A stretch of DNA of 64,000 nucleotides from Octopus vulgaris (taxonomy: Eukaryota): NCBI GenBank assembly GCA_951406725.2, contig OX597822.1, positions 3,782,001 to 3,846,000 on the forward strand, read 5' to 3'. Positions 1 through 13,747 of the stretch are shown here, in pieces (positions within the stretch are counted from its first letter, which is position 1; every line of letters starts with the position of its first letter). Under the pieces are notes generated by a model. The model searched no databases, had not been told where the DNA came from, and worked only from the letters and a program-made list of their open reading frames with translations. The position numbers and the translations under genes were made by a program.

Positions 1-15
1 GCGTGTCTGTGTGTG

Positions 16-53
<38 letters not shown>

Positions 54-530
54 CTGTATTGTTATAGTTGTTGCTGTTGTTCTTATTTTATTACTGCTAC
101 TGTTGTTGCTGTGTTCCTTAATCCTGCTCTTCGCGCGTGCGCTCGCTGAGTGCGAGTGCGCATGCACGAATTGACGATGCTATCCTTAAATTCATTGATG
201 TCCCTACAGCTGCTGTTTTCGTCTGTCTGTGCATGAGTGTGTCTGCGTGTGCATGCATGTGTATGTGTGTGTCTGCGTGTGTGTGTGTGTGCGACATAGA
301 AAGTGCGTGTGAGAGAGAGAGAGCTGTTGTTGCTTTTGTTGTTGTTATTAATCTTGTCTCTCCTCTGGTGCGTTTGCGAGTCGCTTTTGTTGATGTTTTT
401 AATCTTGCTTCTCTACTTGCAAAGTGTTGTTGTTGATATCTTTGCTGCTGCTGCTGATGATGCTGCTGCTGCACCTTCTGCTGTTGTTGCTGTCGTTGTT
501 CTTGTCGCACGTCGTCGTCGTTATTATGGC
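1..530. repeat. Low-complexity region: (GA)n, (GT)n, (GTT)n, (GCT)n
   Basis: Simple repeats are directly visible. The overlapping ORFs are poly-Q/V/L artefacts. Confidence 0.8.
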
Positions 531-1160
531 CACTGTTTCAGCTGCGTGGTTTGTGTGATAATTACATTAGCCTAATAGAAGGAACTAAACAAGTGTTAAT
601 AGCAATAAAGCATACAGTGTTAGAATAATCATTTAGAGATCTTTAGGTGTTTAATATCGCTACACGTCAATAATCCAATGACCTAACAAAGGACAATTCC
701 AGGCTTTTGACTAGTTTAACACCAACTCCTACACTGCTACAGCCATCACCACCAACGCCAATGACAACAACACCAAACAACAAGAAGATTAGAGAATTTT
801 AAATGAGTAATAACTTAAAAGCTAATCACTCTATTTGCTTTGAATAATATAGCTTGATCATTTGGTCTTGTTATCGTGAAGAAAGAAATGTAAACACCGT
901 GTGTGTTGGGAAATAATCGTTCTCTCTTGCTAGAATTTAACACTCAATTTTAAACGACCCTTTTCAAAAGTAAACAACAACGTTGTAATTCTGTTAAAAG
1001 AAAGATCTCCGTTGCAAATGGCGTCCGTGTTTTACAAGCTTCTGAAAACCTGATTAGTTTTAGTCTAAAAAGGAAACCGTCTCGATAATGTTATGGTTGA
1101 CCTTTGTCCTCAATCGTGTGCTGATCCTGTTTCTTTCGCTTGATTGTTTGTTTTTAAATC

Positions 1161-1221
1161 AGTAGTAGTAGTAGTAGTAGTAACGGCGCCTCTAGTGGTG
1201 GTGGTAGTAGTAGTAGTAGGT

Positions 1222-1254
<33 letters not shown>

Positions 1255-1349
1255 ATAGCAGTAGGTGTAGTAGTAGTAGTAGTAGTAGCGGCTCTAGAAG
1301 TAGTATAAGCAGCAACAACGGCGCCTCTAGTGGTGGTTGTAGTAGTAGC

Positions 1350-1380
<31 letters not shown>

Positions 1381-1407
1381 ACCGCAGCAGCAGCAGCAGC
1401 AGCAGCT

Positions 1408-1447
<40 letters not shown>
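1161..1447. repeat. Compound (TAG)n/(CAG)n microsatellite
   Basis: Long gtagtagta runs with a duplicated aacggcgcctctagtggtg motif. Confidence 0.95.
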
Positions 1448-1469
1448 ATTTAAGTTTAACGGGCAAAAT

Positions 1470-1646
1470 TATTGATTTCAAATTTTGACACGAGGTCAGC
1501 AGATCAGCTGGTATTTAATTTATCGACACCAGAAAAGATGGAAGGCAAAGTCAACCTCGGCGAAATTTGAACTCAGAGCATGAAAGCGGACGAAGTGTCG
1601 CTAAGCATTCCGTCCGGCGTGCTAACGATTCTACCTGCTCGCTGCT
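1470..1646 (-). mobile_element. tRNA-derived SINE, Nin/Deu-domain type (SINE family 1), degraded
   Basis: Matches the reverse complement of the intact copy at 20725 (gaaggcaaagtcaacctcggcgaaatttgaactcag...gctaacgattct). Confidence 0.8.
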
Positions 1647-1869
1647 TTTTTAGCGGGTAAAATTATTAAGATTGCAATTTGTTTAAAACAATGTCATCTC
1701 TCACTGAACACTGTAATGTGAAGAAATACATTCTAAACGTGACCACCCCGTCTTATTTTCTATATAAGAGACTATACTGTTCCATGTGACCTTCTTTATT
1801 TGATGCGACACCGTGTGACTTGGTGGACATTGAACATCCATTCCTAGTCGCTCGGTGATTGATTAGAAG

Positions 1870-2330
1870 CCCTCCCTTTCTCTTTCACTCTTTCACATAC
1901 TCTCTTTCTCCCAACTCTCCCTCACTCACTCTCTTTTATCTTCACTTTCTTCCCCCCCACTCTCTCTCTCTCTCGCATATGTTCTCTTTCTGTTTCGTTC
2001 GCGGTCTTTTTCTCTCTTTTTCTCTGTCCTTCCCTCCCTATCTTTCTGTCTCACTCTCTCTTTCTCTCATATTTTCTCTCCCTCTTTTTCCCTCCCTTTC
2101 TCTCTCTTTCTCTCTCTCCCTCTCTCGGTATATATATATATATCTCCCTTTCTCGATCTTTCCCTCTTTCTCTCATATTTTCTCTCCTCTCCCTCTGTGT
2201 GTCTCTCTCTCGATTTTTTCTCTCTCTCCCTTTCGATCTCTTTCTCTACCCCCTCTCTCTCTCTCTCTATCTTTCTTCCCATCTTTCTCTCTCCGTCTGT
2301 CAGCTTCTCTCTCTCTCTCTCTCTGTTTGC
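1870..2330. repeat. Degenerate (CT)n polypyrimidine tract
   Basis: About 460 bp made almost entirely of C and T. Confidence 0.9.
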
Positions 2331-2839
2331 AATCGATGTATAATATAATATGCTAAAGTGTAGCCTAATTTCATGTACTCTTCTCTGTGCCAAAGTAGAA
2401 AACACGGTAACACTTTGTTCCACTGCTAATTAATAATCGTACTAATGTTAGGGTTTGTCACTTATTTCGTTAAGGATTTAGAAAACAAACTCGAGCATGA
2501 ATTATTTTATGAGATACAAATATTGTTTCTAATCTTTTAACACCGCCTTAAAACTTTATTACTAAGAAAACTTTCTATTAATACTAAGAATTTTCGGCAG
2601 AAGAATATGTATCGTCATTGACAGATTTAATGGTGGAATTGTGAGAGCGTTGAACAAAGGACATTAGATTATTTTGTTGTGGTTATTTATCATCTAAGTT
2701 CAAATCTCACCGAAGTCAACTTTTTTTTCATCTATGATCCATAAAATAAATCCCTAGTCATGTAAGAGGCTCAATTTAATAGACTTTCTCCTCCCACCCA
2801 AATATATTATTCTATGTCTGTATGAAAGAACATGATGAA

Positions 2840-3160
2840 TGGTTAGAGTGTCGGGCTTGCAGTCATGAGGTTGTCAGTTCGATTCCTGGACCAGACTGTG
2901 CATTGTGTTCTTGAGCAATAGACTTATTTCACGTTGCTCCAGTTTGTTCAGCTGTAGAAATGAGTTGCGAGATTACTTGCATCAAGCTGTATCGGGCCTT
3001 TGCCTATCTTTTAGACAACATCGGTTGCGTAGAGTAGGATAATTTGTATGCATGGATGACCGTTGGTTTTCCAAGAAGCAACCTTGTCCGGACGTGGGAT
3101 TCAGAGGAGAACTTTCAAGGTGCAATCCCATGGTCATTCATGACCAAAGGGTGTCTTTAC
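2840..3160 (+). mobile_element. tRNA-derived SINE (family 3), degraded
   Basis: B box-like gttcgattcc followed by ttgtgttcttgagcaa...ttcacgttgctccag. Similar to the reverse complement of 37045-37285. Confidence 0.65.
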
Positions 3161-3173
3161 ATGTTTACATTAG

Positions 3174-3260
<87 letters not shown>

Positions 3261-3531
3261 TGAACTACAAAAGAAAGGTCGCACTGTAAAAGATTGTTTC
3301 ACACACGATATTGAAATTATATGGATTTTATCATATTTTTAGGTAATTTAACTTCAGGAAGATGTCGCTGACCCACATCTCCACTCCCTTTTGACATTTT
3401 CCGTGAACACGGTAATACTCGTGAGAGCATCTTTTTTGAAAAGCCTGATGCACCTGCAAAACGTTAACTCATTGCGTAAAAAAGGCACCCAAATTTACAA
3501 CCCTGTCGTTCGTTTCCCGAACGCAACAAGC

Positions 3532-4538
3532 ATGCCATGACTGACACAACATCAGAGGGAGCAAGCTATCGGACGCATCCATACTAATCAACGTCCATGG
3601 GTCATTGCTAATGACTTGAACTGCAGTATTCGGACAATTGAGCGGCTGCGGGAACGGTAGAATGCTACAAACATCACGGATGATCGTCCGTGCAGTAACC
3701 GACCGAGGGTTACAACGGCACGTCAAGATCCCACCTTCACCGACAGCACTTGCAGGACCGATTCCGAAGAGAAACAAAATCATCTTGGCAGACCATATTG
3801 ACTCACCACAAACCTATTTGCGCAGAGACAGTTCGCTGTCGGGTGAGATCTTTCAATCTGTCTTGTCGACATCCGGCTAGGGGCCCCATTCTCACAGATC
3901 GTCATCGACCGGCCCGTCTGAAGTGAGCTTAAAAACGTCAGAACTGGTGATATCAGCTCTGGAGGATTGTTGTCTTCTCTGGCGTAAGTCGATATAGCAT
4001 TTCTGTTGCAGATGGCAGAGCTAGGGTTTGGAGAAGAAGGGGTGGACGTCATGCAGATGGCTGTGTGGTAGAGATACGCTCAATTGGAGGACAAAGTATC
4101 ATGGTATGTAACTTGGACTGGTGGTTTTCTAAAACAATGTCCAAGACCGGGGCAAAGGAGTAACAGCTGCTCGTTACATCAACCAAGTTTTGAGGCCTCA
4201 CATTGTGCTATACTTTGCCTTCCATCGGAAGTACTTGGTCCAACACGACAACGCCCGTGCCCATACTACTAGGTTGACAACAGACCTCCTCCAACAGAAT
4301 AAGATCTAGATAATGCCATGGCGTGCCCCAAGTCTGGACTTGAACCCCATAGAGTACATGTGCAAGGAAAGAAGGCTAAATGACATCTGTTCAAGGTCAA
4401 CAACTGCAGCACAACTCACTGCAAGTTTTAACAGTGTGGGCTGCTATTCCCATGGCCATCGTCAATCGTTTAGTGTATTCAATGTACAGAAGATGCCTGG
4501 CGGTAATTAACGCTAACGGTTGTCACACGAGATCATGA
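3532..4538 (+). pseudogene. Tc1/mariner transposase pseudogene
   Basis: Fragments read MP*LTQHQREQAIGRI (N-terminal HTH start), QHDNARAHT, MPWRAPSLDLNPIEY (WPxxSPDLNPIE motif) and terminal GCHTRS*. Many stops and frameshifts. TIRs not identified. Confidence 0.85.
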
Positions 4539-4950
4539 TCATAGAGTTCAGCTGTGAGACCACTCTACCTTTTCAGGTTCTAATATCCTCTGAATAGCAC
4601 TCGACATACTAAAAGTGTATGGTCATTCGCGAGTGAGGTCATCAGTATTAATTTAGATAACATTCATCGGACTTTCCCTAATTGTTTTAGATGTTTATGT
4701 AGTCACAAGCCGACATAGACGACATCTCAGCTTACCCACTATTGGTCTAGTAGAACATAGAGAATTTGGCAACTCGTAGGACAAAGAGGAAACAAGTCAA
4801 ATATATTGCCCTCAATGACCAATCTGCTCCGAAAGGATGAAAGGCAATAATGACCTCGATTGAATTTTTACTCAGAGTGTAAAAGAAAACAATTGCTAGA
4901 AATACAATAAAGCGTTTAGTTTTTTCCGATGATCTAATAATATTAATAAA

Positions 4951-5368
4951 AACAAGAGCACCCTGAGAGTGAAAACCTCTGCCAAGGCAACACCAACGTC
5001 TTCTCAACGATTAGCCAGAGAGGATTTTTAGTAACAGTAATAAATAGTTTATCCTTATCTAATACAATCCAAAGTTAACAAATTCACCATTCAAAATATT
5101 AACAGCCTAAAGGGAGATATTGGAGAAAGACTTGAAAGGTAACGTAAGGACGTAATCCTGTAAAGTAAATATAAAAAGTAATCCAGAACCCTTGTCCCGC
5201 ATCGAATCGATCCTATAATTTAATCAGTCCGTACCAACCACGAGGCCAAACATCCCTGATAGTTTCATCTGAATCCATCTAGCGGTTCTTGAGATATCTT
5301 GTCCACTCACCGACAAACAAACAAATGCGGCTGAAAACAATACTTCCGCCTTCGCTAAGGTGGAGGTA
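4951..5368. mobile_element. Non-autonomous Helentron/HINE-like element
   Basis: Subterminal cctctgccaagg near the left end, an internal (caaa)n tract, and a terminal palindrome tacttccgcctt-cgct-aaggtggaggta (5341-5368). Confidence 0.5.
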
Positions 5369-5384
5369 GTTATAGCAACAACAA

Positions 5385-5600
5385 GGCAGCGAGTTGGCAG
5401 AATTGTTAGCACACCGGAAAAATGCTCAGCCGCATTCCGTCCGTCCTTACGTTCCAATATCAAATTCCACCAAAGACGACTTTGCCGTTCATCCTTTTGG
5501 AGTCGATAAAAAAAGTAAGTACCATGCGGGCCATTCGGTCGATGTAATCGACTTACATTCTCCTCCGAACCTGCTATCCTTATGCCAAAATGGGAAACCA
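5385..5600 (+). mobile_element. SINE family 1 copy
   Basis: ggcagcgagttggcagaattgttagcac...gactttgccgttcatccttttggagtcgat...aagtacc. Confidence 0.8.
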
Positions 5601-7109
5601 ATAATAGCAACAACAACGAAGGTATGAAAATTTGAAAAAAAAAAACTTTTACAAGAAAGAAGAAATAAAGAAATGAAAAATATGACAAATCTAAAACTTA
5701 GAAATGCAGACAACGCTGGAACCAGACCTGCACATACGAAAAATCTAAATAATAGAGAATATGGAGATGATTTAAAAATTGGTAACTATTGAGGTGAAAA
5801 ACCCCAACACCTAACGCTCTAAAACTGAGGATAATTCGAGAAAAACAACTATAAAAGATCTTCCTATGAATCAACGAAAACACCTCCCAAGAATAAAAAT
5901 TCAACGAGAAAATGCCATTACATATAAGTTGACTCTCATTCACCGATACTTATAATAAAAAAACAAATCAGGAAAATGAGAATTACATGACAAATGTCTT
6001 ACGTAACATTTGCGCATAAAATATGAAACTCAAACACAAACATATTTCCATGCAGCCACACAAACACGTATTAGAAGTAAAGAAAGAAAAAAAAAAACAT
6101 ACGAAAACTTGAGAGAAAATGTGCTGAGAGAAGAACCCTGAGTGTTTATTCCAGGTTGTAGTCAGTAAAAAAAAATATGCAATGGTATCTTATATACTGA
6201 AAGTGTTTAGAGAGGCACTCTAACTCATAAACAACACTATTCAGATTAAAATGTTTCAGAAATAAGGCGGCGAATGATATTATCTTTAGAGTATTGAGCA
6301 AAATATCTTACAGTATCTGTTCCGGCTGTTTATGCTCTTCTTTCTTCTCTTCATCGCTTTCACTGCAATCTGCATTTAGCTTTCGCAGGTAAAACAGAGT
6401 AAAAATGTTATTTTGGCTTAGTGCAGGTAATTTATAATCTATCCTTGATGTATGGTAACTATATCTATAAACGTCGATGTGTATGTCTTGAAAGTAAAAT
6501 TGCTATTTCTTAACGCTTAATTCCCAAAGCTGCACATATTTTCCAGAATATTGAACGAAGAGAAAGCTCAGGTCAGAGGTCCGACTTAAGACAGATATGT
6601 AGTAATAGAATGGTAGTAGATTAGGAGTGTTAGTGTGAGGTATAAAAACGGTACCAGTTTATGACATCCTACTTTGCGCTTATTTTGTTCATTAGTATCT
6701 CTTCAAATTACCCCATTCCCTTTCCCTCTCCGCTTCTATCCCTCCCATTCTCAAGCTTTTTCACTCACAAAGTATGCACAGACAGATTTTTTCCCCCATT
6801 TCTCTTAGACAATAGCAGGTTTTCCATAAATGTAGAATCATTGTATTTACCAAAATTCTTCGTTTAAAAAATCATATCTTCGAAAAGTTGGTACGTTCCA
6901 AATGCCATGGAAATTGCTAAATAAATTATCGTTCAATTATTTCACATTTTTATCTGTTTCGATTTATAAAATATTGAAATTATTATTCTCTATGGATCAC
7001 AATACTTTTATGCACAAACATATATATGTTATGTGTTTCTGTGTGTGTGTGTGTGTGTGTGTGTGCGTTTGCGCGAATGTACTTATATAAATATATATAT
7101 TTATATATT

Positions 7110-7162
<53 letters not shown>

Positions 7163-8274
7163 CATAAACGCACGCACGCATGCATGCATATATTTTAGAT
7201 GCAATTAGCGCTGAGAGAAAAGCACTGACACAGTTTAACACATAGGCTTAGTACTGAAAAGGAGAGACAAAACATTTAACGTTTCGGAGAAAGAGAAAAG
7301 GTTGGTATGGGACAAAAGAAACAAAAATATTGAAAACTCGAAAAACGATGGAGAATTATAACTCAGATGCTGGTGCTGTTCTACTGCGGGAATTCAGATG
7401 GGTGTAGAGACAAATGTTTACGTGCAAGTATAAGAGGGTGTCATTATTTAAAGATAAGCATATGGGGAAGTGTTGTGTGTAGTTTTTTTTAGGGTCTATA
7501 TGATGTTAGATATGCGTAAATGCGGAAGTAAAGTTGTGTGAGTGAGTAGGGTCTTGTGGACCTGGGTGTGTGTGTGTGTGTTAAATGTGTGATAGGAGGT
7601 TGCGAGGAGGTGGAAACAGGCGCGGTTGTAAAGCAAAATAGGGGACACAATAGGAATGTAGAGGGTGCGATAGAAGTGTGCACAAAATCAAAGGTGTGAG
7701 ATGCTTTTGCATGGAAGGAAGGTATAGACAAAAATCGAAGGTGGAAGTAAAGGTGTCATTTTAGGGCGAGAAGAGGAAAAATTAATTACAATATTGGTTA
7801 AGGAGAAAGAAAGAAAGAAGGAGAGAGAGAGAGAGAGAGAGAGAGGGAAATACAGGGAGAGAGAGAAAGAAAGAATTACGAGGTCTTTGAGAAAAGCAAT
7901 TTATTTTAAAATGACTCATGTCTCATAGTACAGCCCCTGCTTTCAAACAGATCGATTTATCACAACAGATTTTATGCTCGAAGAAGCACAGATGACAGAT
8001 TTTAACACCTTGGGGTAAGATTAACACCTGACTGGTATTCTTTTAGCTCTACATAACAAAGTTTGGTAAATAATAGTCCAACGTTTCTTCCGAGTTTTTG
8101 TTTTTATTATTTTTATTGGCGATGAGCTGTAACGGTTCATAAAAGAGTCTAATTCTCAGACTGAATTATTCGTTTCTTTCAATATGCATAATGGTTGCGT
8201 TAATTGTCAGTCACTAAGGGCCATACTGTTAAGATCAAGCGACTGGCTAGTTTATCTGTTGTACGAAGCTCTCT

Positions 8275-8493
8275 CTATCTGCTCAGTCGAAGTCGACTCT
8301 CGGTCACTCGTTGGATCAGTTGTGCCCTCCAGTCAGTTCTATCCTGGCCTGCTTCTTTCAGATTGGCTATGTCCATTCCGGTATCACTCTTGATGGTGTC
8401 AAGCCAGCGGGTTCTTGGTCGGCCTCTTCCTCTCTTGCCACTGACCATTCCGAGCATGATGTCCTTCTCCAGGGATTTTCTCCGCGTTGTATG
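8275..8493 (-). mobile_element. RTE-clade (BovB-like) LINE 3' fragment
   Basis: Translates as RRKSLEKDIMLGMVSGKRGRGRPRTRWLDTIKSD...DRTDWR, a typical RTE ORF C-terminus. Confidence 0.85.
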
Positions 8494-9714
8494 AAGCACA
8501 CTACCATATATGGCCATGACAATAATGCAACCACGAATACCACGGAAATCTCATTTTTAATCAGAAAAACGCTGATATATTTTTTCTGGAAAAATATTTT
8601 TAAAAAGCCAAGAATAAACTCAATTGAATCCTAATATAAGCTTGAAACAGAAAATATCCGAAAAAGATCTTTTAAAAGAAGAATCTGCGGCAAGTTCATA
8701 TTAAATGTCAAATTTCATTATCAAGATACGGCAAATATTGATATAAGGAATAGAACAGAATATATTTAATAATAGAATTATATTTCGACATCATACTGAT
8801 TTGTGCATACCTTGATAACACCGAAACCAAAGATAGAACTTTAGCATGAGATCAGATCATGTCGACCTCCAGCTTTACTCTCTAAAATGTTGAGAGTTTT
8901 TGCAATGTGCTACGGAGTGTTCATTTCAGCCTTATAGTTTCTGGTTCAGTGCCACAGCGCAGCACATTGGGGAAGTGAAAGCCTTGAGAATCATTTTGGT
9001 ACACAGAAACTCCTCTAAGAGACCCGTCGTATACGCACGCGCACGCCCACACACACACAAAAACACCCCCCCATATATATATATATATATATAAGCACAT
9101 ATATATGGGATTCTTAGTATTTGCTGCTGCCCTTCCACCACTTGGCAAACAGTGTTCGTCATTTTAAGTTTCTTTAACCAAGCGGTTCGGTAAAAAGTCA
9201 CCGATGGAATAATTAACTGACTGTTTTGTTTTAAATAAGTACTGGGATCGATTTGACCGTCTATAACCCTTTAAGGCGAAGCCCCGGCATGGCCGCAGAC
9301 CAATGACTGAAATAAGCAAAAGCTAAAAGATTTATTTAAAAGAAACAAAGAATCTTCGTTCAAATTCCAGAGAACTATATTTACTTTCAACTAACTTCAA
9401 CATGGCTGTTCAGTACAAACGGACGTTACTACGATTTTCTTAACCCCAAGAGGACATTTCCTCTAGCCGGTTAACGATGCATGCTGCATCCGTTATATTG
9501 CAAGCAGGGGTGTGAACCCCTACCACCTTCTAGCGACAGGGCCAAAAATCCAGCCAGGTTTCGGACAATTTCTGCCAATCTTTAATGGGATATTTACTTT
9601 TAAACGTGTAAATAAAATAACCATTAAATAGAACCTAATATACCAGTTCACACTTGGCTAGAACTTAGAGGATTCAAGGAAAGAGTTATTTAAATGCCCT
9701 GGTAAATGAAAGAT

Positions 9715-11122
9715 TGAAGGGGACGGAATCAAACATTCAGTGATGAGGGAAAGGATCAGAAGAGAATGTTATTGCACGGTGAGAGCAGTACTGAATGAGA
9801 GAGAGATGAATGCAAGGAACTGGATCGAAGCGATCAATGCTTTAGCCATACCAGTCATGACCTACAGTTTGAATATCGTTAACTGGTCAATTACTGAAAT
9901 ACGTAACCCTGACAGAAAAATATGGAAAATGTTGACATTGCATAGAATGCACCCTAAGGCAGATATAGAACGAATTTATCTGCTAAGAAAAGAGGGAGGC
10001 CGTGGACTTTTACAACTGGCATTAACAATAAAGATTACCTCAATCGACCTGGACACTTACCTGTCTAAGTAAATTCCAAATACAACAAATTCCAGAATTA
10101 GACGTACTAGAAACAAGCGCAGAAAAAGCTAAGCGCATGAACACCAGTGCTAAAGCTGTTGCCTTAGATATTCTGACTGATAAACGGCATAAAAAAACCC
10201 TCAGTGGCAAATACCCAAAGAGAGCTAATGATGCTGATGTTGACAAAGCCCTTACCCATCAATGACTAATGGATTCTGGCTTAAGATACAGAAGGATTTA
10301 TCATAGCAGCCCAAGATCAATGCGTACCTTACAAGGAACTGTCAGGCCAACATATCAAAAGACGGTAGCTTACCAACATGTCGTGTATGTCAACAACAAA
10401 ATGAAACCATTGATCATGTTGTCTCCATGTGCAGTCTTCTTGCACCTACAGAGTATCTCAACAGGCATGATAGAGCTGCACAATATATTCACTGGGTAAT
10501 TTGCAAAAACTTGGACTTGCCCAATGATAAAATCTGGTGGGAATACAAACCACTTCCAGTGCTTGAATGTCATCACATCTCACTCTTTCACCATTCAAAC
10601 TGACAGAAACATAGATGCAAATAGGCCAGACATCAGACACAAAGCAGACAAAAATCATGCCTCCTTATTGATATGACTGTCCCAATCGATATAAACGTAT
10701 CTGTCAAGACCTACCAAAAGTTGAGCTGGTATAAAGATCTTAAAATAGAACTTGGCAAAATGTGAAACCTGAAGACTAAAACATTACCTTTTGTTATAGG
10801 TGCCCTAGGAATGATAGCAAAAGGGGATGATTGCTACCTAGATCTGATACCAGGAAACCCCAAAATGGTAGAAAGTCAAAAGATAGTGCTCATGGGAACA
10901 GCCCATATCCTACGTAAATGTAATCTCAAATTTTAAAACAAATATATAATTTTCTTATGTTTTCTTAAACATTCTCTAGAGCAACACTACGTACAAAACC
11001 AAATATATGGCATCTAAGCATAACACCAACATGAACTCCTAACTTGTGTTGTCTCTTCAGGTCTCTGGGTGAGACTTGGATCCAACTTGTCCAAATGCAA
11101 AGCAAAAGTCAAACATGAAAAA
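9715..11122 (+). mobile_element. Dong/R4-type RLE retrotransposon, family A, 5'-truncated and decayed copy
   Basis: Collinear with 14760-16297 (RERIRRECY, MHPKADIERIYL, RHDRAAQYIHW) with frameshifts and deletions. Same 3' UTR, ending at (TAA)n. Confidence 0.9.
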
Positions 11123-11140
11123 ATAATAATAATAATAATA

Positions 11141-12261
11141 AAAAGGTCAGAAAATCACGAGAGACGAAAGAAGCTTCATTCTATTATAAAGGAAAGCAAA
11201 AAAATTGCTATTGATCTCGTGCAGGATACCCAAACAGAACAACCCGAGGGAAGTACGGCAATTATTGTTGCAAAGAAGGTGAAAATAATGGCAACGAAAA
11301 AAGCGCACGAGCAATTGGCTGATAGGTGGGAGGAGAAACCTCTGCACGGCAAATATGTGACCCGCAGCAAACAAGCTGATGTTGACCAGAAGCAAACCCA
11401 TCAGTGGCTACGGAGCTCAGGGCTAAAAGCAGAGAGCGAAGGTTTCATCCTGGCTGCTCAAGATCAAAGCCTATTAACCCGGAACTACCAGGCCAATGTG
11501 ATGAAAAATGGAGCAGACCCAAAATGCCGATTCTGCAACGACATGATTGAAACAGTGGACCACCTAATCTCTGGATGTACAGTCTTAGCTCCAGTGGAGT
11601 ATAAATTAAGACATGACAGAGTTGGCCAATATCTCCACTGGCTAATAAGTCGGCATTACAATATCAAAACTGCCGACAAGTGGTATAATCACCACCCTGA
11701 GGCTGTAACTGAAGGAGAAAATGTAACGATTCTGTGGGACTTTCCAGTACATACAGACCGAACCATCAAGGCCAATAAACCAGATATTGTTGTGAAAGAC
11801 CAAAACAATAAAGTTTGCTTATTGATCGACATGAGCATCCCCTGTGATCATAATATCTCAGCGAAAGAGTTTGACAAGCTCAGAAAATATAAAGACCTAC
11901 TCATTGAAATTGAGAAAATGTGGCATCTCAAGGCGGTTACAATACCAGTGATCGTAGGAGCACTAGGAATGATCAAGAAGGGAACCGAAAATTATATGAG
12001 AATGATCCCTGGCTTACCATCCCTGCAAGAAGTGCAAAAGATTGTCTTAACTGGTACATCACACGTATTGAGAAGAGCATTGTCGATGTGAAAACTGTTG
12101 CTGCTCATGTATTTTAATTTAACTTAAAAAAAAAAAAAAAAATGAACGAACTACTGAGTTTGGTTTAATGGCCTACCAATGTATACTATGAGTTTCTTTG
12201 CCCTAGGAGTCGGGAAGACACTCGGCAAGAAATGGAAGCAAATTTGAAAGGAAAAAAAAAA

Positions 12262-12262
<1 letters not shown>
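11141..12262 (+). mobile_element. Dong/R4-type RLE retrotransposon, family B, 5'-truncated; ORF open to 12091
   Basis: CCHC knuckle CRFCNDMIETVDHLISGC, RHD, KPDIVV..LLIDMSIP, K..KYKDL and PVIVGALG (RLE domain). Flanked by (TAA)n on both sides. Confidence 0.92.
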
Positions 12263-12314
<52 letters not shown>

Positions 12315-12319
12315 TATAA

Positions 12320-12396
<77 letters not shown>

Positions 12397-12400
12397 ATAT
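12263..12400. repeat. (TAA)n followed by (TAG)n microsatellite
   Basis: Directly visible. Confidence 0.95.
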
Positions 12401-12404
12401 AATA

Positions 12405-12730
12405 AAGGAGCTGAAAATGATTTAAGAATGATCTCTGGCTTACCATCCGTGGAGGAAGTGCAGAAGATTGTCTTAAGTGGTACGTCACACGTAATAGAAA
12501 GAGCATTGTCTCTGTTAATTTTCTTTCCATTTCCTCCCCTTTATATTCTTTGAGAACTTTCCTATTTTCTCTCTTTATTGTTTCTGTCTTTCTTTCCCTT
12601 TTTTCTCTATCACATGACTTTGCAAATGAACAATCTGACGTGTATATTTTGATGGCCTACCAATGTATACAGTGCATTTCCCTGCCTCAGGTGTCTGGAG
12701 GACGCTCAGCAAGAAATGGAATCAGAATTG
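12405..12730 (+). mobile_element. Dong/R4 family B 3'-end remnant, decayed
   Basis: ggcttaccatcc...gaagtgcagaagattgtcttaa and tggcctaccaatgtatac...caagaaatggaa match 12010-12240. Confidence 0.8.
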
Positions 12731-12778
12731 AATAATAATAATAATAATAATGATAATAATAATTTTAATAATAATAAC

Positions 12779-12847
<69 letters not shown>

Positions 12848-12874
12848 GATAATAATAATTTTAATAATAATAAC

Positions 12875-12925
<51 letters not shown>

Positions 12926-12937
12926 AATGATAATAAT

Positions 12938-13677
12938 AACCATTGATCATGTGGTCTCCAAGTGCAGCCTTCTAGCGCCTACAGAGTATCTCAACAGGCA
13001 CGATAGAGCTGCACAATGTATTCACTGTGTAATCTGCAAAAACCTGGATTTGCCCCATGAAAAAAACTGGTGCGAACACAAATCACTCCCAGTGCTTGAA
13101 AATGACCACATCTCACTCCTCTGGAACTTCACCATTCAAACTGACAGAAAGATAGATGCAAATAGGCCAGACATCATATTGAAAGACTTCAAACAAAGAA
13201 CATGCCTCCTCATTGATATGACTGTCCCAATCGATATAAACATATCTGTCAAAACCTACCAAAAACTGAGCAAATATAAAGATCTTGAAATAGAAATCAG
13301 CAAAATGTGGAACCTGAAGACTAAAACAATACCTGTTGTCATAGGTGCCCTGGGAATGATAGCAAAAGGAGCTGATAGCTACCTAACTCAGATACCAGGA
13401 AACCCCAAAATGGCAGAAATTCAAAAGATAGTGCTCATGGGAACTGCTCATATCCTACGCAAAATACTCTCTATGTAATCTCAAGGTTTAAAACAAACAT
13501 AATTTTCGGTTTTTAAAAAAAAAATTTTTCTTTTTTAGACATTCATTAGTACCCCCCCCCCAAATATATGGCACACTAGGCATAACAACAACATGAACTT
13601 CCAACCTGTTGTCTCTTGAGGTCTCTGGGTGAGACTTGGAGCCAACTTGTACAAATATAAAGCAAAAGTCAAACATA

Positions 13678-13680
<3 letters not shown>
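12938..13680 (+). mobile_element. Dong/R4 family A, short 5'-truncated copy (RLE domain and 3' UTR)
   Basis: IDHVVSKC...RHDRAA...RPDIILKD...PVVIGALG...ILSM* (stop at 13478). Near-identical to 15550-16297. (TAA)n on both sides. Confidence 0.92.

Positions 13681-13745
<65 letters not shown>

Positions 13746-13747
<2 letters not shown>

Noticed and set aside
118-575. Poly-Q/His-rich ORFs as a transcription-factor exon
   Set aside because: They are built from simple repeats in several frames, with no recognisable domain.
11069-11140. N-terminus of the 340-aa ORF as a real start
   Set aside because: It is read-through from the family A 3' UTR and (TAA)n into a truncated family B element.
12750-12937. 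Poly-Ile N-terminus of the 242-aa ORF as a membrane anchor
   Set aside because: It is a translation of (ATA)n fused by chance to a truncated RLE domain.
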